A stretch of DNA of 32,000 bases from Promethearchaeota archaeon (GCA_048939465.1 JBHLPL010000009.1:308-32307), one strand, 5' to 3'. Positions 18,138 to 27,647 are shown, counted from the first letter of the stretch. Notes: generated by a model not told the origin, from the sequence alone. A program made the numbers and translations.

Positions 18138-18602
18138 TTGAAAAAATTCAGGGTAAAGATTGAAGTTATGAACCACAACTCGGAAAAGATAATAGTAACG
18201 ATAGAGGGGGACCCGTCAAGGGAAATAAGAGATCTATCAGCACAGGTGCAAAATTACATATTCAAGGCAATTGGCCCCACCCCCGAAGCTAAGGAAAAGC
18301 AAGACCTCGAAGAATACATCGAACTGGACTCCTTATCAAAGAAACAGAAAATCGAACTTCTATTGATAAAGAATTTTAGAAATGGATCATTTACATCAAG
18401 AGACGTTCAGGAGATGTATCTGCAAACATACAAAGAAGACATAGCAATAAATACTATTTCGACTTATTTAGGCCGACTATATAATGAAACGGTACTTTAC
18501 AGATCTGGCTCAAGAGCCGAACGAAAGTATCGACTGCAGACCGCAATAGCGAAAAGAAAGCTATCGTCACTCATGTCATACGCAAATCTCTCAAAAGAGT
18601 GA
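18138..18602 (+). CDS. Winged-helix domain protein, divergent from cdc6
   Basis: LSKKQKIELLL...FTSRDVQEMY...INTISTYLGRLY...L.R.GSRAERKYRL fits a wHTH pattern. Confidence 0.7.
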   Translation: MKKFRVKIEVMNHNSEKIIVTIEGDPSREIRDLSAQVQNYIFKAIGPTPEAKEKQDLEEYIELDSLSKKQKIELLLIKNFRNGSFTSRDVQEMYLQTYKEDIAINTISTYLGRLYNETVLYRSGSRAERKYRLQTAIAKRKLSSLMSYANLSKE

Positions 18603-18746
18603 TGAATCATCGTCTACTTTTTTTTGAGGTCGCGCCAATTTAGCTAAGGAAAAGAGAAGGACCCACCGTATTATCAATACTTATATATTCCGCTTCAGTC
18701 TCCATATTATACATACCTTCTCAAGAACCAAGAACTGGCGAGGAAG

Positions 18747-19037
18747 ATGTCCAGACCAAAAGGTAAAGAAACAGATGCTGCTTCGGGGGAGCGTGTGTAT
18801 ACCTATACGGTTGGCGGGGAGCACAAGGTTACTGCAAACATCAAGGAGTACTTACTCGAGGTTCTAAAGGACCAAGGCCCCATCACAAGAGAGGAACTCT
18901 CGACCCACACTGGCATTCCGAGAACAACGCTTTACGACACTCTCGACAAACTGATCCTTAAGGATAAGGTTTACAAGTTTACACAACCAACAAAAAAGAG
19001 AGGAAGACCCAGAGTTTACTACGAAATCGCGAGATAA
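18747..19037 (+). CDS. TrmB-like HTH protein
   Basis: GPITREELSTHTGIPRTTLYDTLDKL...RGRPRVYY. Confidence 0.8.
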   Translation: MSRPKGKETDAASGERVYTYTVGGEHKVTANIKEYLLEVLKDQGPITREELSTHTGIPRTTLYDTLDKLILKDKVYKFTQPTKKRGRPRVYYEIAR

Positions 19038-19043
19038 CAAAAC

Positions 19044-19391
19044 CTAGGATTTTGACGGTTTCATTTTTTGGTATTTTTGAAGTAAGGACAGCCACTCACC
19101 CACGTAATCTTTTGCAAAAGCAGTCTGCGACGGGTCGACTTTCTGTATATTCTTCCTGACGTTTTTGAGGAATCTTATGTATGATTTGATATCAGCTGGC
19201 GCCTCCTTCACCAAAATCGTGATCAACGCGCCAGAGGACGAAGACCTCAAAGCGTTCAGCCAGCCAGCCCAGGCAAGTTTCTTCCACATGGAAACGCGAC
19301 CCGGATTATCAAGTACACTAGTCAAAAGCGAGATGGCAGTCTTACGATCTCCCGACTTCAGCGCACTTGCCAATTTCTCAACGAAAGACAC
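19044..19391 (-). CDS. Hypothetical protein (115 aa)
   Basis: GTG start preceded by a GAG-rich SD-like region; helical-looking ORF filling the gap; no family recognised. Confidence 0.55.
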   Translation of the reverse strand: MSFVEKLASALKSGDRKTAISLLTSVLDNPGRVSMWKKLAWAGWLNALRSSSSGALITILVKEAPADIKSYIRFLKNVRKNIQKVDPSQTAFAKDYVGEWLSLLQKYQKMKPSKS

Positions 19392-19472
19392 CAGATCTCA
19401 CCCACACGACAAAGCATTCTGAGACTCTCTCATAAAAAAGTAGTGACCAATAATTATTAAGCTTACCCAGCC

Positions 19473-19664
19473 ACCCCATGATTTCCGGTGGAAGAAGTAA
19501 AAAACAACGACAAGTAATAATAATAATAAATAAAAAATATCCCGCTTCGTATTGGGCGTTCTTATATTTATAGGTTGTAGTGAATGAATCTTAAGCTAAG
19601 GCTCAAAATTATCTGAGTTGCGTATCCTCTTGGAATAAAATTCTTCCACAGGAAACGAAGGGGT
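19473..19664. promoter_or_regulatory. Putative replication origin oriC: two inverted ORB boxes flanking AT-rich DNA
   Basis: Minus-strand TTCCACCGGAAATCATGGGGT (19473-93) and plus-strand TTCCACAGGAAACGAAGGGGT (19644-64) match the ORB consensus with G-string. AT-rich (AAT)n/poly-A tract between them; cdc6 is 1.9 kb away. Confidence 0.85.
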
Positions 19665-19671
19665 GTCCATC

Positions 19672-19696
19672 TTATTAGAACATATGTTCTAATAAA
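19672..19696. repeat. Palindrome copy 1, TTATTAGAACATATGTTCTAATAAA
   Basis: 24-bp perfect inverted repeat; 25 bp identical to 19992-20016. Confidence 0.95.
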
Positions 19697-19707
19697 TAAA
19701 TCAAGAG

Positions 19708-19986
19708 TCAGTCAATTACTCGGAATTTGTGTACGACGATTACATCCGAGTACTTGTCAAAAAACCCATCAAACTCTACTTCGTAATCATCTGACACAAG
19801 TATAACACTGTCTGCAACTTTCCTACCATTCCTCATAACCAAAAATCCAAGTTTCTGGTTTTGCTTCAATCCAACCTTCGTGTCCCATTTGTATCTATAC
19901 CCGTAGAGCTCCTTATTGAATCTAGTTCTTTTCGGATCGTCCTGTTTCCCAGAAATGACGTCATAAGTGTACAATATTCTTGGCAT
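19708..19986 (-). CDS. Small hypothetical protein (92 aa) with Cas2/VapD-like ferredoxin-fold pattern
   Basis: MPRILYTYDV...DDPKRTRFNKELYGY...SVILV resembles the Cas2 xxVxYDI..D.KRR.R...L..Y pattern; fold call is inferred. Confidence 0.55.
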   Translation of the reverse strand: MPRILYTYDVISGKQDDPKRTRFNKELYGYRYKWDTKVGLKQNQKLGFLVMRNGRKVADSVILVSDDYEVEFDGFFDKYSDVIVVHKFRVID

Positions 19987-19988
19987 GA

Positions 19989-20018
19989 TTTTTATTAGAA
20001 CATATGTTCTAATAAAAA
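19989..20018. repeat. Palindrome copy 2, TTTTTATTAGAACATATGTTCTAATAAAAA
   Basis: 30-bp perfect inverted repeat directly upstream of the 19986 ATG. Confidence 0.95.
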
Positions 20019-20131
20019 ACTTTCGCAATTTTGACCGTAAAGATAAAAAGCCGTTCAGGACAAACGTGAATCCAAAAGCGTTGAGCGCCACTCAGAATCA
20101 GAGCAGTACTAATTGCAGATGGGAAAGCCTC

Positions 20132-22111
20132 ATGCCAAAAACTTTTCTAGGTCCCCTACTCCTAAACTGGTGCGAAAAGTGTAACCTCCCTATTTTGGAA
20201 GCCAAAGTATGTGGTGTGTGCGGGACCTCAACGTTTAAGGTTAGAATTAGCCCGCCGGGAGACGTAAGGCCCGCCCTGAAAGAGGATCTGCGCCGTTTAA
20301 GAGAAGTTATCGATGGAAAATACGGAAGGAATGTTGGAAAAAAAGTAATCCCTAATGACAAAATCCTCTTGCTGAATAAAGTCTCTGCGTTGGAGAAGAA
20401 CGACGAAGTCGTAGTTGATGGGCAGGTTATCGGTAACCTCGTCTTTGACCCTGTGAAAATGGACTGGGACTTCTCGCCCAAGTTGGTCGGGGGCCGGAGA
20501 ATCTTCCATTGTGGAGGGAAAAAATGGATCAGGGTAGATGTAGGCGCGGTCAATCCGATAATAAATGGCGCAAACGTACTCGCCCCTGGCGTTATTGATT
20601 TTGACCCGGATATAGCAGAAGATGATTATGTGATCGTGCTATCCGAAGACTTCAAAGTTATAGCAGTAGGTAGAGCAAAGGTTGATAGCGCCGCGATTCC
20701 CGGTCTCAGAAGGGGTATGGTTATAAAATCAAAGGGATGTGGCCCCCCAGACGATCTCAAAATTCTGCCCGGGGGTCAACACTGGAGCGATGTTGCAAAA
20801 GCAAATGAAGCGGTGATCGAAAGAAGGGTGAGAACTGCGAAACGCTTCATTAATTCGACTGTAGAAGAATTCAAGTTGCCCGTCGCAGTTGCGTACAGTG
20901 GTGGTAAGGACAGTCTATGCACTCTTTTACTGGTTTCTGAAACAATAGAGTCAAACTTCACCGTCTTTTTTGTAGACACAGGTATAGAGTTTCCCGAGAC
21001 AGTTGAATACGTTTATGATTCAGTCCGAGAACTAGGTCTGACCGATCGTTTTGTATACAAACGGTCGAGAAAGTCGTTTTGGAAAGAGTTACATCGCTTC
21101 GGCCCACCTGCTAGAGATTATCGATTCTGTTGTAAGATACTTAAACTATCCAGTGTTGCTGAGCTAGTTCAAAATGAATTTAATGGAAAAGTATTGACGT
21201 TTGTTGGACAAAGAAGGTATGAGTCAATAACGAGGTCACGGGAGAGGAGAATATGGACCAATTCATATATCCCCAATCAGATCAATGCAACTCCCATTAA
21301 GAACTGGACAAGTCTGCATGTTTGGTTATATCTCTATGCTAAGAAGGTCGCTATAAACCCCCTTTATTTTAGAGGTTATGAGCGAATTGGTTGCATATAT
21401 TGCCCAGCAGCTAAACTATCTGATATTGAAAATCTGAGAGAAGTACATCCAAATCTGTTTAACAAATGGATGGATTTTCTAATTGCGTGGGGTCACCGAT
21501 ACGGGTTTCCTGACGAATGGGCGACTCGCGGTTTCTGGAGATGGAAAAAACTGAGCGGTGAAAGAATCCGCATGGCCAAGGAGATCGGAATCAACCTGCG
21601 GCCCATTCGCCCCCGACTAAGCGATAATATTTCTCTTGATCTTGCTCACGGTTTTAGTCCTTGTTCAGACGGAACCTACTCAATTGAAGGCCGTTTCACC
21701 TGCACTGTCAACCTAGAAAAGGTGGCAAATAGGCTTGTGATCTTTGGAGACGTTAACTACAGCCGCACCTTGGGTGCTGTTAGCGTCTCGAGAAATGGTG
21801 TTTCTGCCAATATCTTTGCCGATGGCAGTCTAAAAATCCGATTAGCAGATATGGGTGGAAAGAATTTCAAAAAGGCAGCTCAGGAAATCCTCAAATTGCT
21901 AACACAGAGCGTAATGTGCTCTGGCTGCGGAATATGTGCTCAGCAATGTCTCAACGATTCAATAGAGTTTGTGGATGGATTTCCATGGATAGACGAGCGG
22001 AAGTGCAATCGCTGCAAAAGCTGTCTCGAGCTTTGTCCTGTCCTGCGCTACGGGCTCACGGAACGTGTAGCAAAATCACCCGCCGGTAAAATAAGCAGTC
22101 TTAACCTCTGA
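20132..22111 (+). CDS. PUA-domain / PAPS-reductase family protein with C-terminal 4Fe-4S ferredoxin
   Basis: N-terminal WCEKCNLP..C..C, PPGDVRPA, PUA domain (NGANVLAPGV), AYSGGKDS, GQRRYES, RIGCIYCP, C-terminal CSGCGICAQQC/CNRCKSCLELC. Start ATG 20132. Confidence 0.88.
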   Translation: MPKTFLGPLLLNWCEKCNLPILEAKVCGVCGTSTFKVRISPPGDVRPALKEDLRRLREVIDGKYGRNVGKKVIPNDKILLLNKVSALEKNDEVVVDGQVIGNLVFDPVKMDWDFSPKLVGGRRIFHCGGKKWIRVDVGAVNPIINGANVLAPGVIDFDPDIAEDDYVIVLSEDFKVIAVGRAKVDSAAIPGLRRGMVIKSKGCGPPDDLKILPGGQHWSDVAKANEAVIERRVRTAKRFINSTVEEFKLPVAVAYSGGKDSLCTLLLVSETIESNFTVFFVDTGIEFPETVEYVYDSVRELGLTDRFVYKRSRKSFWKELHRFGPPARDYRFCCKILKLSSVAELVQNEFNGKVLTFVGQRRYESITRSRERRIWTNSYIPNQINATPIKNWTSLHVWLYLYAKKVAINPLYFRGYERIGCIYCPAAKLSDIENLREVHPNLFNKWMDFLIAWGHRYGFPDEWATRGFWRWKKLSGERIRMAKEIGINLRPIRPRLSDNISLDLAHGFSPCSDGTYSIEGRFTCTVNLEKVANRLVIFGDVNYSRTLGAVSVSRNGVSANIFADGSLKIRLADMGGKNFKKAAQEILKLLTQSVMCSGCGICAQQCLNDSIEFVDGFPWIDERKCNRCKSCLELCPVLRYGLTERVAKSPAGKISSLNL

Positions 22112-22167
22112 AAAAAGCTGTAGAAATATATGAAAGAAATAGCTACTAATTGACGAGGTGCAATAAT

Positions 22168-23439
22168 TTGGCAAAAAAATGGTGGGGCTTCATAAAAGAC
22201 CCTGTATTTGGGTATGTTCACATCAACGATATTGAGAGAAAAGTCATTGATTCTCTGCCTGTTCAGAGGCTTAGAAGAATAAAACAGCTTGCAGGAACCG
22301 ACTACGTTTATCCTGGTGCAAACCATACTCGTTTTGAACACGCTGTAGGCTCGATGTTTCTGGCTGGCCGGCTTGCGGACAACCTCTCTTCATTGCTACG
22401 TCCACAGGATGTGCAAGAGATCAGACTCGCCAGTCTGCTTCATGATGTGGGGCATGGTCCTTTCTCCCACGTTTTTGAGCCCCTATTGATAAAATACATG
22501 AATAAAACCCACGAAGATATGACCACCTGGCTTATTCAGGTCTCGGAACTGGGGGATCTACTAAAAGAATTAGGATTTGACATAAAAAAGCTGGGAAGGC
22601 TGGCTGTGGGGAAATTAAACGATGTCAAAAGACCATTTCTGGATCAATTCCTACGCAGCGCCGTTGATGTTGATAAAATGGATTTCCTTGTCCGAGACTC
22701 TTATCATACTGGAGCCGAATACTCTGTTGATGTTTTTCGTTTGATCTATACTCTTGATGTTTTTGATGGAAATCTAAGCGTAAATCTAACAGCGCTTCAT
22801 ACGCTGGAAGCCTTCATTATCGCGCGTGTTGAGTCCTTCAAAAGCATTTATTTTCATAAGACGGCCCGCGCGGTTCAATTGATGATGGTTCAGGCATTGG
22901 AAGCTGCGAAAGACGAATGTGGCTTGATAGCAATCAAAAACCCTGTGGACTATCTCAATCTCGATGACTATACGACATGGACCGCCCTTAAGAATTGTAG
23001 CGCATCGAACCCCATCATTTCGGCCTTGGAAAAACGAAAATTGCTGAAGAGTGTGTATGAGCAGATCTTTTACACGCAAGAAGAATTCATTTCTAACGTT
23101 TTTGTTAATGAAACCGTAAGGCAAGAGATCGAAAGTGAGATATCCAGAAAAGCAGGAGTTGCGGTCGAAGATGTTTTCATCGATGTACCTCTGGTGGCCT
23201 CCGTTCCCTATAGACATTCAATCCAACTTGAACCTATGGAAATCCCCATCTTCATGGAAACCAAGACCGGAAAAAAGATATCAAGACGTCTTAACGATAT
23301 TTCCAAAATCATAAGTCTTATGAAAGGATTCATGAACATACTCAGAGTTTACACCAAAGAAGAACATCGAGACAAAGTCGCCAAAGCTGCATTGGAAACG
23401 CTAGGTGAGCCCCCCCACTCTGCGAAGATATCTTTATAG
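22168..23439 (+). CDS. HD-domain phosphohydrolase (dNTP triphosphohydrolase/SAMHD1-like)
   Basis: IKDPVFGY, QRLRRIKQL, HTRFEHAVG, LLHDVGHGPFSH, DVDKMDFLVRDS; TTG start after GAGGTG. Confidence 0.92.
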   Translation: MAKKWWGFIKDPVFGYVHINDIERKVIDSLPVQRLRRIKQLAGTDYVYPGANHTRFEHAVGSMFLAGRLADNLSSLLRPQDVQEIRLASLLHDVGHGPFSHVFEPLLIKYMNKTHEDMTTWLIQVSELGDLLKELGFDIKKLGRLAVGKLNDVKRPFLDQFLRSAVDVDKMDFLVRDSYHTGAEYSVDVFRLIYTLDVFDGNLSVNLTALHTLEAFIIARVESFKSIYFHKTARAVQLMMVQALEAAKDECGLIAIKNPVDYLNLDDYTTWTALKNCSASNPIISALEKRKLLKSVYEQIFYTQEEFISNVFVNETVRQEIESEISRKAGVAVEDVFIDVPLVASVPYRHSIQLEPMEIPIFMETKTGKKISRRLNDISKIISLMKGFMNILRVYTKEEHRDKVAKAALETLGEPPHSAKISL

Positions 23440-23445
23440 CAAATC

Positions 23446-23865
23446 TCAGTCATGTTTTTCTTTGATAATCACTGTTCCTTTCTCACCATCAACATATACC
23501 AGGTCGTCATTTTCGATATTCTTTACGGGGTCTCTGTTCAACATATCAACGAGGGGGATTCCCGCCAATATACAGCCTGCAGCGATAATTCCCTCCGTTT
23601 CTGTGTTAATCATTGCCAGCGGGGCTGTTCTTTTTTTGCTCATCTGATATATTGTGTATGCTCCAACGGTACTGCCCTTCCCGGACGGGAACACCAGAAT
23701 TCTGCCCTTCACACATTTTCCCTCTAGCTCATGATTCTTCTCAATAACGATTCCTGTACTTGGATCGACTCCGCCGTAAAATGAAATGGACTCTCTAGAT
23801 ACCAAAGCCCTTCCTTCTGTGGCTCCTTCAGATATCCCCCTGCCCCTTAAGACCTTTTCATTCAT
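23446..23865 (-). CDS. Aconitase X swivel (DUF126) subunit; phosphomevalonate dehydratase small subunit
   Basis: ISFYGGVDPSTG, GKGSTVGAY, AGIPLVD motifs; downstream of the DUF521 gene. Confidence 0.9.
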   Translation of the reverse strand: MNEKVLRGRGISEGATEGRALVSRESISFYGGVDPSTGIVIEKNHELEGKCVKGRILVFPSGKGSTVGAYTIYQMSKKRTAPLAMINTETEGIIAAGCILAGIPLVDMLNRDPVKNIENDDLVYVDGEKGTVIIKEKHD

Positions 23866-23939
23866 CGAATCACCCCAAGCAAGTCCACCTACTGCCGTTG
23901 AGATATTCGGTAACCTTCTTGGATGTCTATCTTCTGCCC

Positions 23940-25139
23940 CTATGTTAATAATGATAGACATTCATCCAGAGATCCAAGCAAGACCGGTATTTTGCATGTT
24001 GATGGTACGTAATGCGCAGCTTTGCTCGAATTTGTGGCCAACCCATTGAACCCCATTCTTTCAAGAGGTGCAACAACCATACATGTATCCGCAACAACAA
24101 GCCCTCCTGCCCTCTCAATCCTCCTTGCGTGACCAGTGCGTTCGGCAAGTGACTTAATTGAGGCAGACGTGCATATCCACAGTGTTTTGTCCCCCCTAAT
24201 CTTTTTTCCCGATAGGGTTTCCGCAATATATTTAATCTCGTTCAAATTGCAGTGTGGGCATCCTATAGTAACGATATCCACATCCTCCCTCTTTGCTGTG
24301 GACAGCTTGTCAACGACATTTCTTATGTCGTTTTTCTCAATTTCTATCTTTTCCAGCTTTCTACATTCGCCTTCTCTAGGAGCCTCTGGTGTGATACCTT
24401 TGATGTGATACATCGCTATTGCTCCAGATGCCGCTCCCCCCGCACCGAGCGCTTTCAACTCCTCTACTGAAGGTGAAGCGAGCCCACTGATAACAGGAAT
24501 TGCGTTTCTTAGCACTTTACCCATATGGTATCCTAGGCAACTATGCTCCAAAACACCTCTCAGCTCTGTCTTCACTTCGACGAGGTGAGTTCCACGTCGA
24601 TTTTCAGGATGATGATACCCAAATAGCGGGGTTCTAGCCGTCAGTGAGGCAGCAAGAGATGTAGGCCCACTTTCACGGTTTGTCTTTGCGCCGATAATTG
24701 AGTTTGCAAAAGAAACTGCAGATGATTCTGCCCAGGCGACATGTTCTCCAAATAGGGGCATATTTCCAGAAATGTAAGGAGTACAACTGCACAGGGGAAC
24801 TGCACCGAGTCGCTGAAGAGTCCGGACTATTCTCCATTGCTTCTTGGCGAAATCATTAGGGATACCCATTGCTTTCCATCGATTCAGATCCATACCTGCT
24901 GGATTCAATGTTGCAAGTGTTCTTATTGATCCACCCGCTGTCAACATATCTTCAATAAACTCTAATCCTGCATCGCCAATGTTCTTAAACGAGATTCCGG
25001 ATATTTGACTGCTCCGTATCTTGATTAGCTTTTCTGCACCAAACACTTCCCCAAGCTTAACCAGCAGCTTCATAGCTCTCTGGATTGCAGAACCTTCTTC
25101 TCCCTCGATCATTCGTTCTTCTTCTTTGGTCAGGAACAA
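23940..25139 (-). CDS. Aconitase X catalytic (DUF521) subunit; phosphomevalonate dehydratase large subunit
   Basis: MFLTKEEERM, TLNPAG, CSCTPY, AWAESSAV.FANS, TNRES, IGCPH, DTCMVV, TNSSKAAHY. Confidence 0.92.
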   Translation of the reverse strand: MFLTKEEERMIEGEEGSAIQRAMKLLVKLGEVFGAEKLIKIRSSQISGISFKNIGDAGLEFIEDMLTAGGSIRTLATLNPAGMDLNRWKAMGIPNDFAKKQWRIVRTLQRLGAVPLCSCTPYISGNMPLFGEHVAWAESSAVSFANSIIGAKTNRESGPTSLAASLTARTPLFGYHHPENRRGTHLVEVKTELRGVLEHSCLGYHMGKVLRNAIPVISGLASPSVEELKALGAGGAASGAIAMYHIKGITPEAPREGECRKLEKIEIEKNDIRNVVDKLSTAKREDVDIVTIGCPHCNLNEIKYIAETLSGKKIRGDKTLWICTSASIKSLAERTGHARRIERAGGLVVADTCMVVAPLERMGFNGLATNSSKAAHYVPSTCKIPVLLGSLDECLSLLT

Positions 25140-25150
25140 AATTCACTCCT

Positions 25151-26464
25151 CTACAAGTCCTCTTGACCAGGTATTCTGGCTTTTCTAAACTTCTCTTTCG
25201 GCAAATCCAAAGGATGTGTAGCATCAATTCCGACTTTTGTGGTAAGTGCTCTTTCCTGATCTCCCATCGGGTCAAGACTAGATCCCCGTATGTTCGGTAT
25301 GATTAGAATATCCTTATCTCCCAGCACTCGTGTAGCAATGGCCCATTCAACCTCGTTCATGTCATATGGATCTATATCCTCGTCGACGACCACCGCATGT
25401 TTCAATGAGCCATGAGCCGAAAATGCAGCCAGCAATACGTTTTTTCCGTCACCCTCTGTCTGCTTTTTGATTGCCACTACCGCATGAAGCCAACCAGAAC
25501 CGCCGAGCGTAAGGTTTACCCCTCTTACATCAGGGACAACGTTTCTAGCTTGCTCCCATATCTTTACTTCCCTGAAGAACCCCATTAGCAGCTTATGTTC
25601 TGACCCTGCTGATAGAAGAGCAGAATAGATCGGGTTCTTTCGATGAAGTATGTTTGTTATTTCTATTACGGGCTGCTTTCTCACAATATCGTATGTTCCT
25701 GTTATATCGACAAATGGCCCTTCATCCACTTCTTTATCAGGTAATATCCGCCCCTCAAGGACGATTTCTGCCTCCGCTGGAACCGTAATATTTACCGTAT
25801 TGCACCTTGTCGTTTGCAGCTCCCCTTTGAATAGTGTATTTGCGACTTGCATTTCATCTACTCCTAGCGGAACAGGAGCGCAAGAGGCCAACATAACCAC
25901 CGGATGAAGTCCTATTGCTATGGCTATGTCTAGTGGAGCTTTTTTCTCCTTGGCTTTTCTATGAATCGCGAACAGCTGCCTTGGTACGATACGAATCGCC
26001 AAACGATCCTTATCCATTACCATTAGTCTATGTATGGATGCATTTTGCATACCCGTCTCTGGATCACGCGCAAAGACCACACCTGCCGTTATGTACGGCG
26101 ATTTGTCTTCAGCATAGTGCGTCAAGATCGGAAACTTCGTCAAATCTGGTTCTTCTTCTACTTCCTTTACGGGCGCGTTAGCAGCCTCATTAGGCTCTGA
26201 GGGCTGTTTCATAGCTTTTACAAGTGTTGGATAGATGTCCTTCCTTTGTACATTGAGGGCTTTGCCGAGCCTTTCACGTGTTCCACAGATACCTGCTGCA
26301 ATCTTGATCGTCGAGTTTTTGACATTTTCAAAAAAAAGGGCCGGTCCATTATCGTATTTCTTCATTAATGCTGCTATTTGATATACTGGGGAAACTTCTT
26401 CTTCTATAATAAGAATGTCATCTTCCTTCTTTAACTGCTCAATAAATCCACGTAGACTACTCAT
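25151..26464 (-). CDS. ubiD: UbiD family decarboxylase (likely anhydromevalonate phosphate decarboxylase)
   Basis: NASIHR, EAEIVLEG, EGPFVDITGTY, GGSGWLH, VDEDID, KVGIDAT; operon context. Confidence 0.9.
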   Translation of the reverse strand: MSSLRGFIEQLKKEDDILIIEEEVSPVYQIAALMKKYDNGPALFFENVKNSTIKIAAGICGTRERLGKALNVQRKDIYPTLVKAMKQPSEPNEAANAPVKEVEEEPDLTKFPILTHYAEDKSPYITAGVVFARDPETGMQNASIHRLMVMDKDRLAIRIVPRQLFAIHRKAKEKKAPLDIAIAIGLHPVVMLASCAPVPLGVDEMQVANTLFKGELQTTRCNTVNITVPAEAEIVLEGRILPDKEVDEGPFVDITGTYDIVRKQPVIEITNILHRKNPIYSALLSAGSEHKLLMGFFREVKIWEQARNVVPDVRGVNLTLGGSGWLHAVVAIKKQTEGDGKNVLLAAFSAHGSLKHAVVVDEDIDPYDMNEVEWAIATRVLGDKDILIIPNIRGSSLDPMGDQERALTTKVGIDATHPLDLPKEKFRKARIPGQEDL

Positions 26465-26468
26465 AGGT

Positions 26469-27026
26469 TCATCTCCCCTTCCATCTCGCAAACAAATCAT
26501 GCTTTATGCCTATTTGGTCCAGAATCTTGCCTATAACGAAATCCGTTAGTTCGTCTATATTTTTGGGCTTATGATAAAACGCCGGCATTGCAGGCAGGAT
26601 GATCGCTCCTGATCGCTTTGCACGTAACATATTCTCCAAGTGTATCATGCTAAGTGGCGTTTCTCGAGGAACCAAGATTAATTTTCGACCTTCTTTTAAG
26701 ACACAGTCTGCAGCTCTCGTAATTAAATTTGAGGAAAAGCCATTTGCGATTGCAGAAAGCGTTTTCATGCTACACGGAATAATAACCATCGCATCAACTA
26801 AGAATGTTCCACTGGCAAGTTCTGTGAAAAACTCATCAGTTTTGTATGATTTCGATGCGAGTTTCTCTATTTCTTCTTTTTTCTGTTCGACTTCCCAGCT
26901 AATTATTTCTTTGGCAATTTCTGAAATAATTAAAGCTGTCTCAATATTCTCATCGCGAAGCACCTCTAGCAAACGAATACCATATATCACCCCTGAGGCG
27001 CCGGTAATTGCCACTATTATTTTCAT
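26469..27026 (-). CDS. ubiX: Flavin prenyltransferase UbiX
   Basis: ITGASGVIYG, ASGT, PCSMKTL, NLITRAAD, LVPRETP, PAMPAFY. Confidence 0.95.
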   Translation of the reverse strand: MKIIVAITGASGVIYGIRLLEVLRDENIETALIISEIAKEIISWEVEQKKEEIEKLASKSYKTDEFFTELASGTFLVDAMVIIPCSMKTLSAIANGFSSNLITRAADCVLKEGRKLILVPRETPLSMIHLENMLRAKRSGAIILPAMPAFYHKPKNIDELTDFVIGKILDQIGIKHDLFARWKGR

Positions 27027-27271
27027 GGAATCGCCTTAATAGAGGTTTCAGCTGTTGGAAATTAGGTAAATATGTCTTTCATACTTGTATAAAAACAGTG
27101 CAAACAGAATAATAGTAAAGTTGGAGACAGAAGTTTCTATATAAACATTATGATGGAAACACATTTTCAATACGTTTTATGCCGATTATTGATGGGATCC
27201 TCAAGGATATCTAAAGAAACAATTGTGAAGCTAACGAGAGGTCTTACAAACCGCTTGTTTCAATTACTTCC

Positions 27272-27610
27272 TCATGAAGTTCTGATTTTGTCGAGTATTC
27301 TTTTCAAGAGTTTATATACTCTTGCTGAATCTTCTTCTGCTTTCTTCAAACTGATGATAACAACTGCAATTCTATTCATCTCGTGTGCAGTTCTCTCTGC
27401 CATACTCTTTGCAAAGATCTCGTTCCTTGTCCCGAATACCGGAAATGTTACTGCAGCCGTCTTCTTTTCCTCGATGCTTAACGGTACGCCTATAGCTATG
27501 GTTCCAACTCTATACTCACCATCAGATATCGCGACGATTATTCCATTTTCTAGATTTATCGCCAGCGCTGACAAGTGTTCCTGCTTCTCTTCCAATACGT
27601 TTTTAGACAA
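27272..27610 (-). CDS. Hypothetical protein, possibly proteasome assembly chaperone PAC4-like
   Basis: 112 aa; LENGIIVAIS..YRVGTIAIGVP...FAKSMAER...AVV pattern; family call tentative. Confidence 0.5.
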   Translation of the reverse strand: MSKNVLEEKQEHLSALAINLENGIIVAISDGEYRVGTIAIGVPLSIEEKKTAAVTFPVFGTRNEIFAKSMAERTAHEMNRIAVVIISLKKAEEDSARVYKLLKRILDKIRTS

Positions 27611-27647
27611 TGCAATCTACTCTCCTATCTTCCCATTTGCTTAGTTT

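Noticed and set aside
19672-20018. CRISPR mini-array
   Set aside because: Only two repeats separated by a 295-bp gene-containing segment, not spacer-sized.
19967-20131. N-terminal extension of the PAPS-reductase ORF and of the 19708..20091 ORF
   Set aside because: The extensions run through the palindrome and are antisense to the small gene; the conserved proteins begin at 20132 and 19986.
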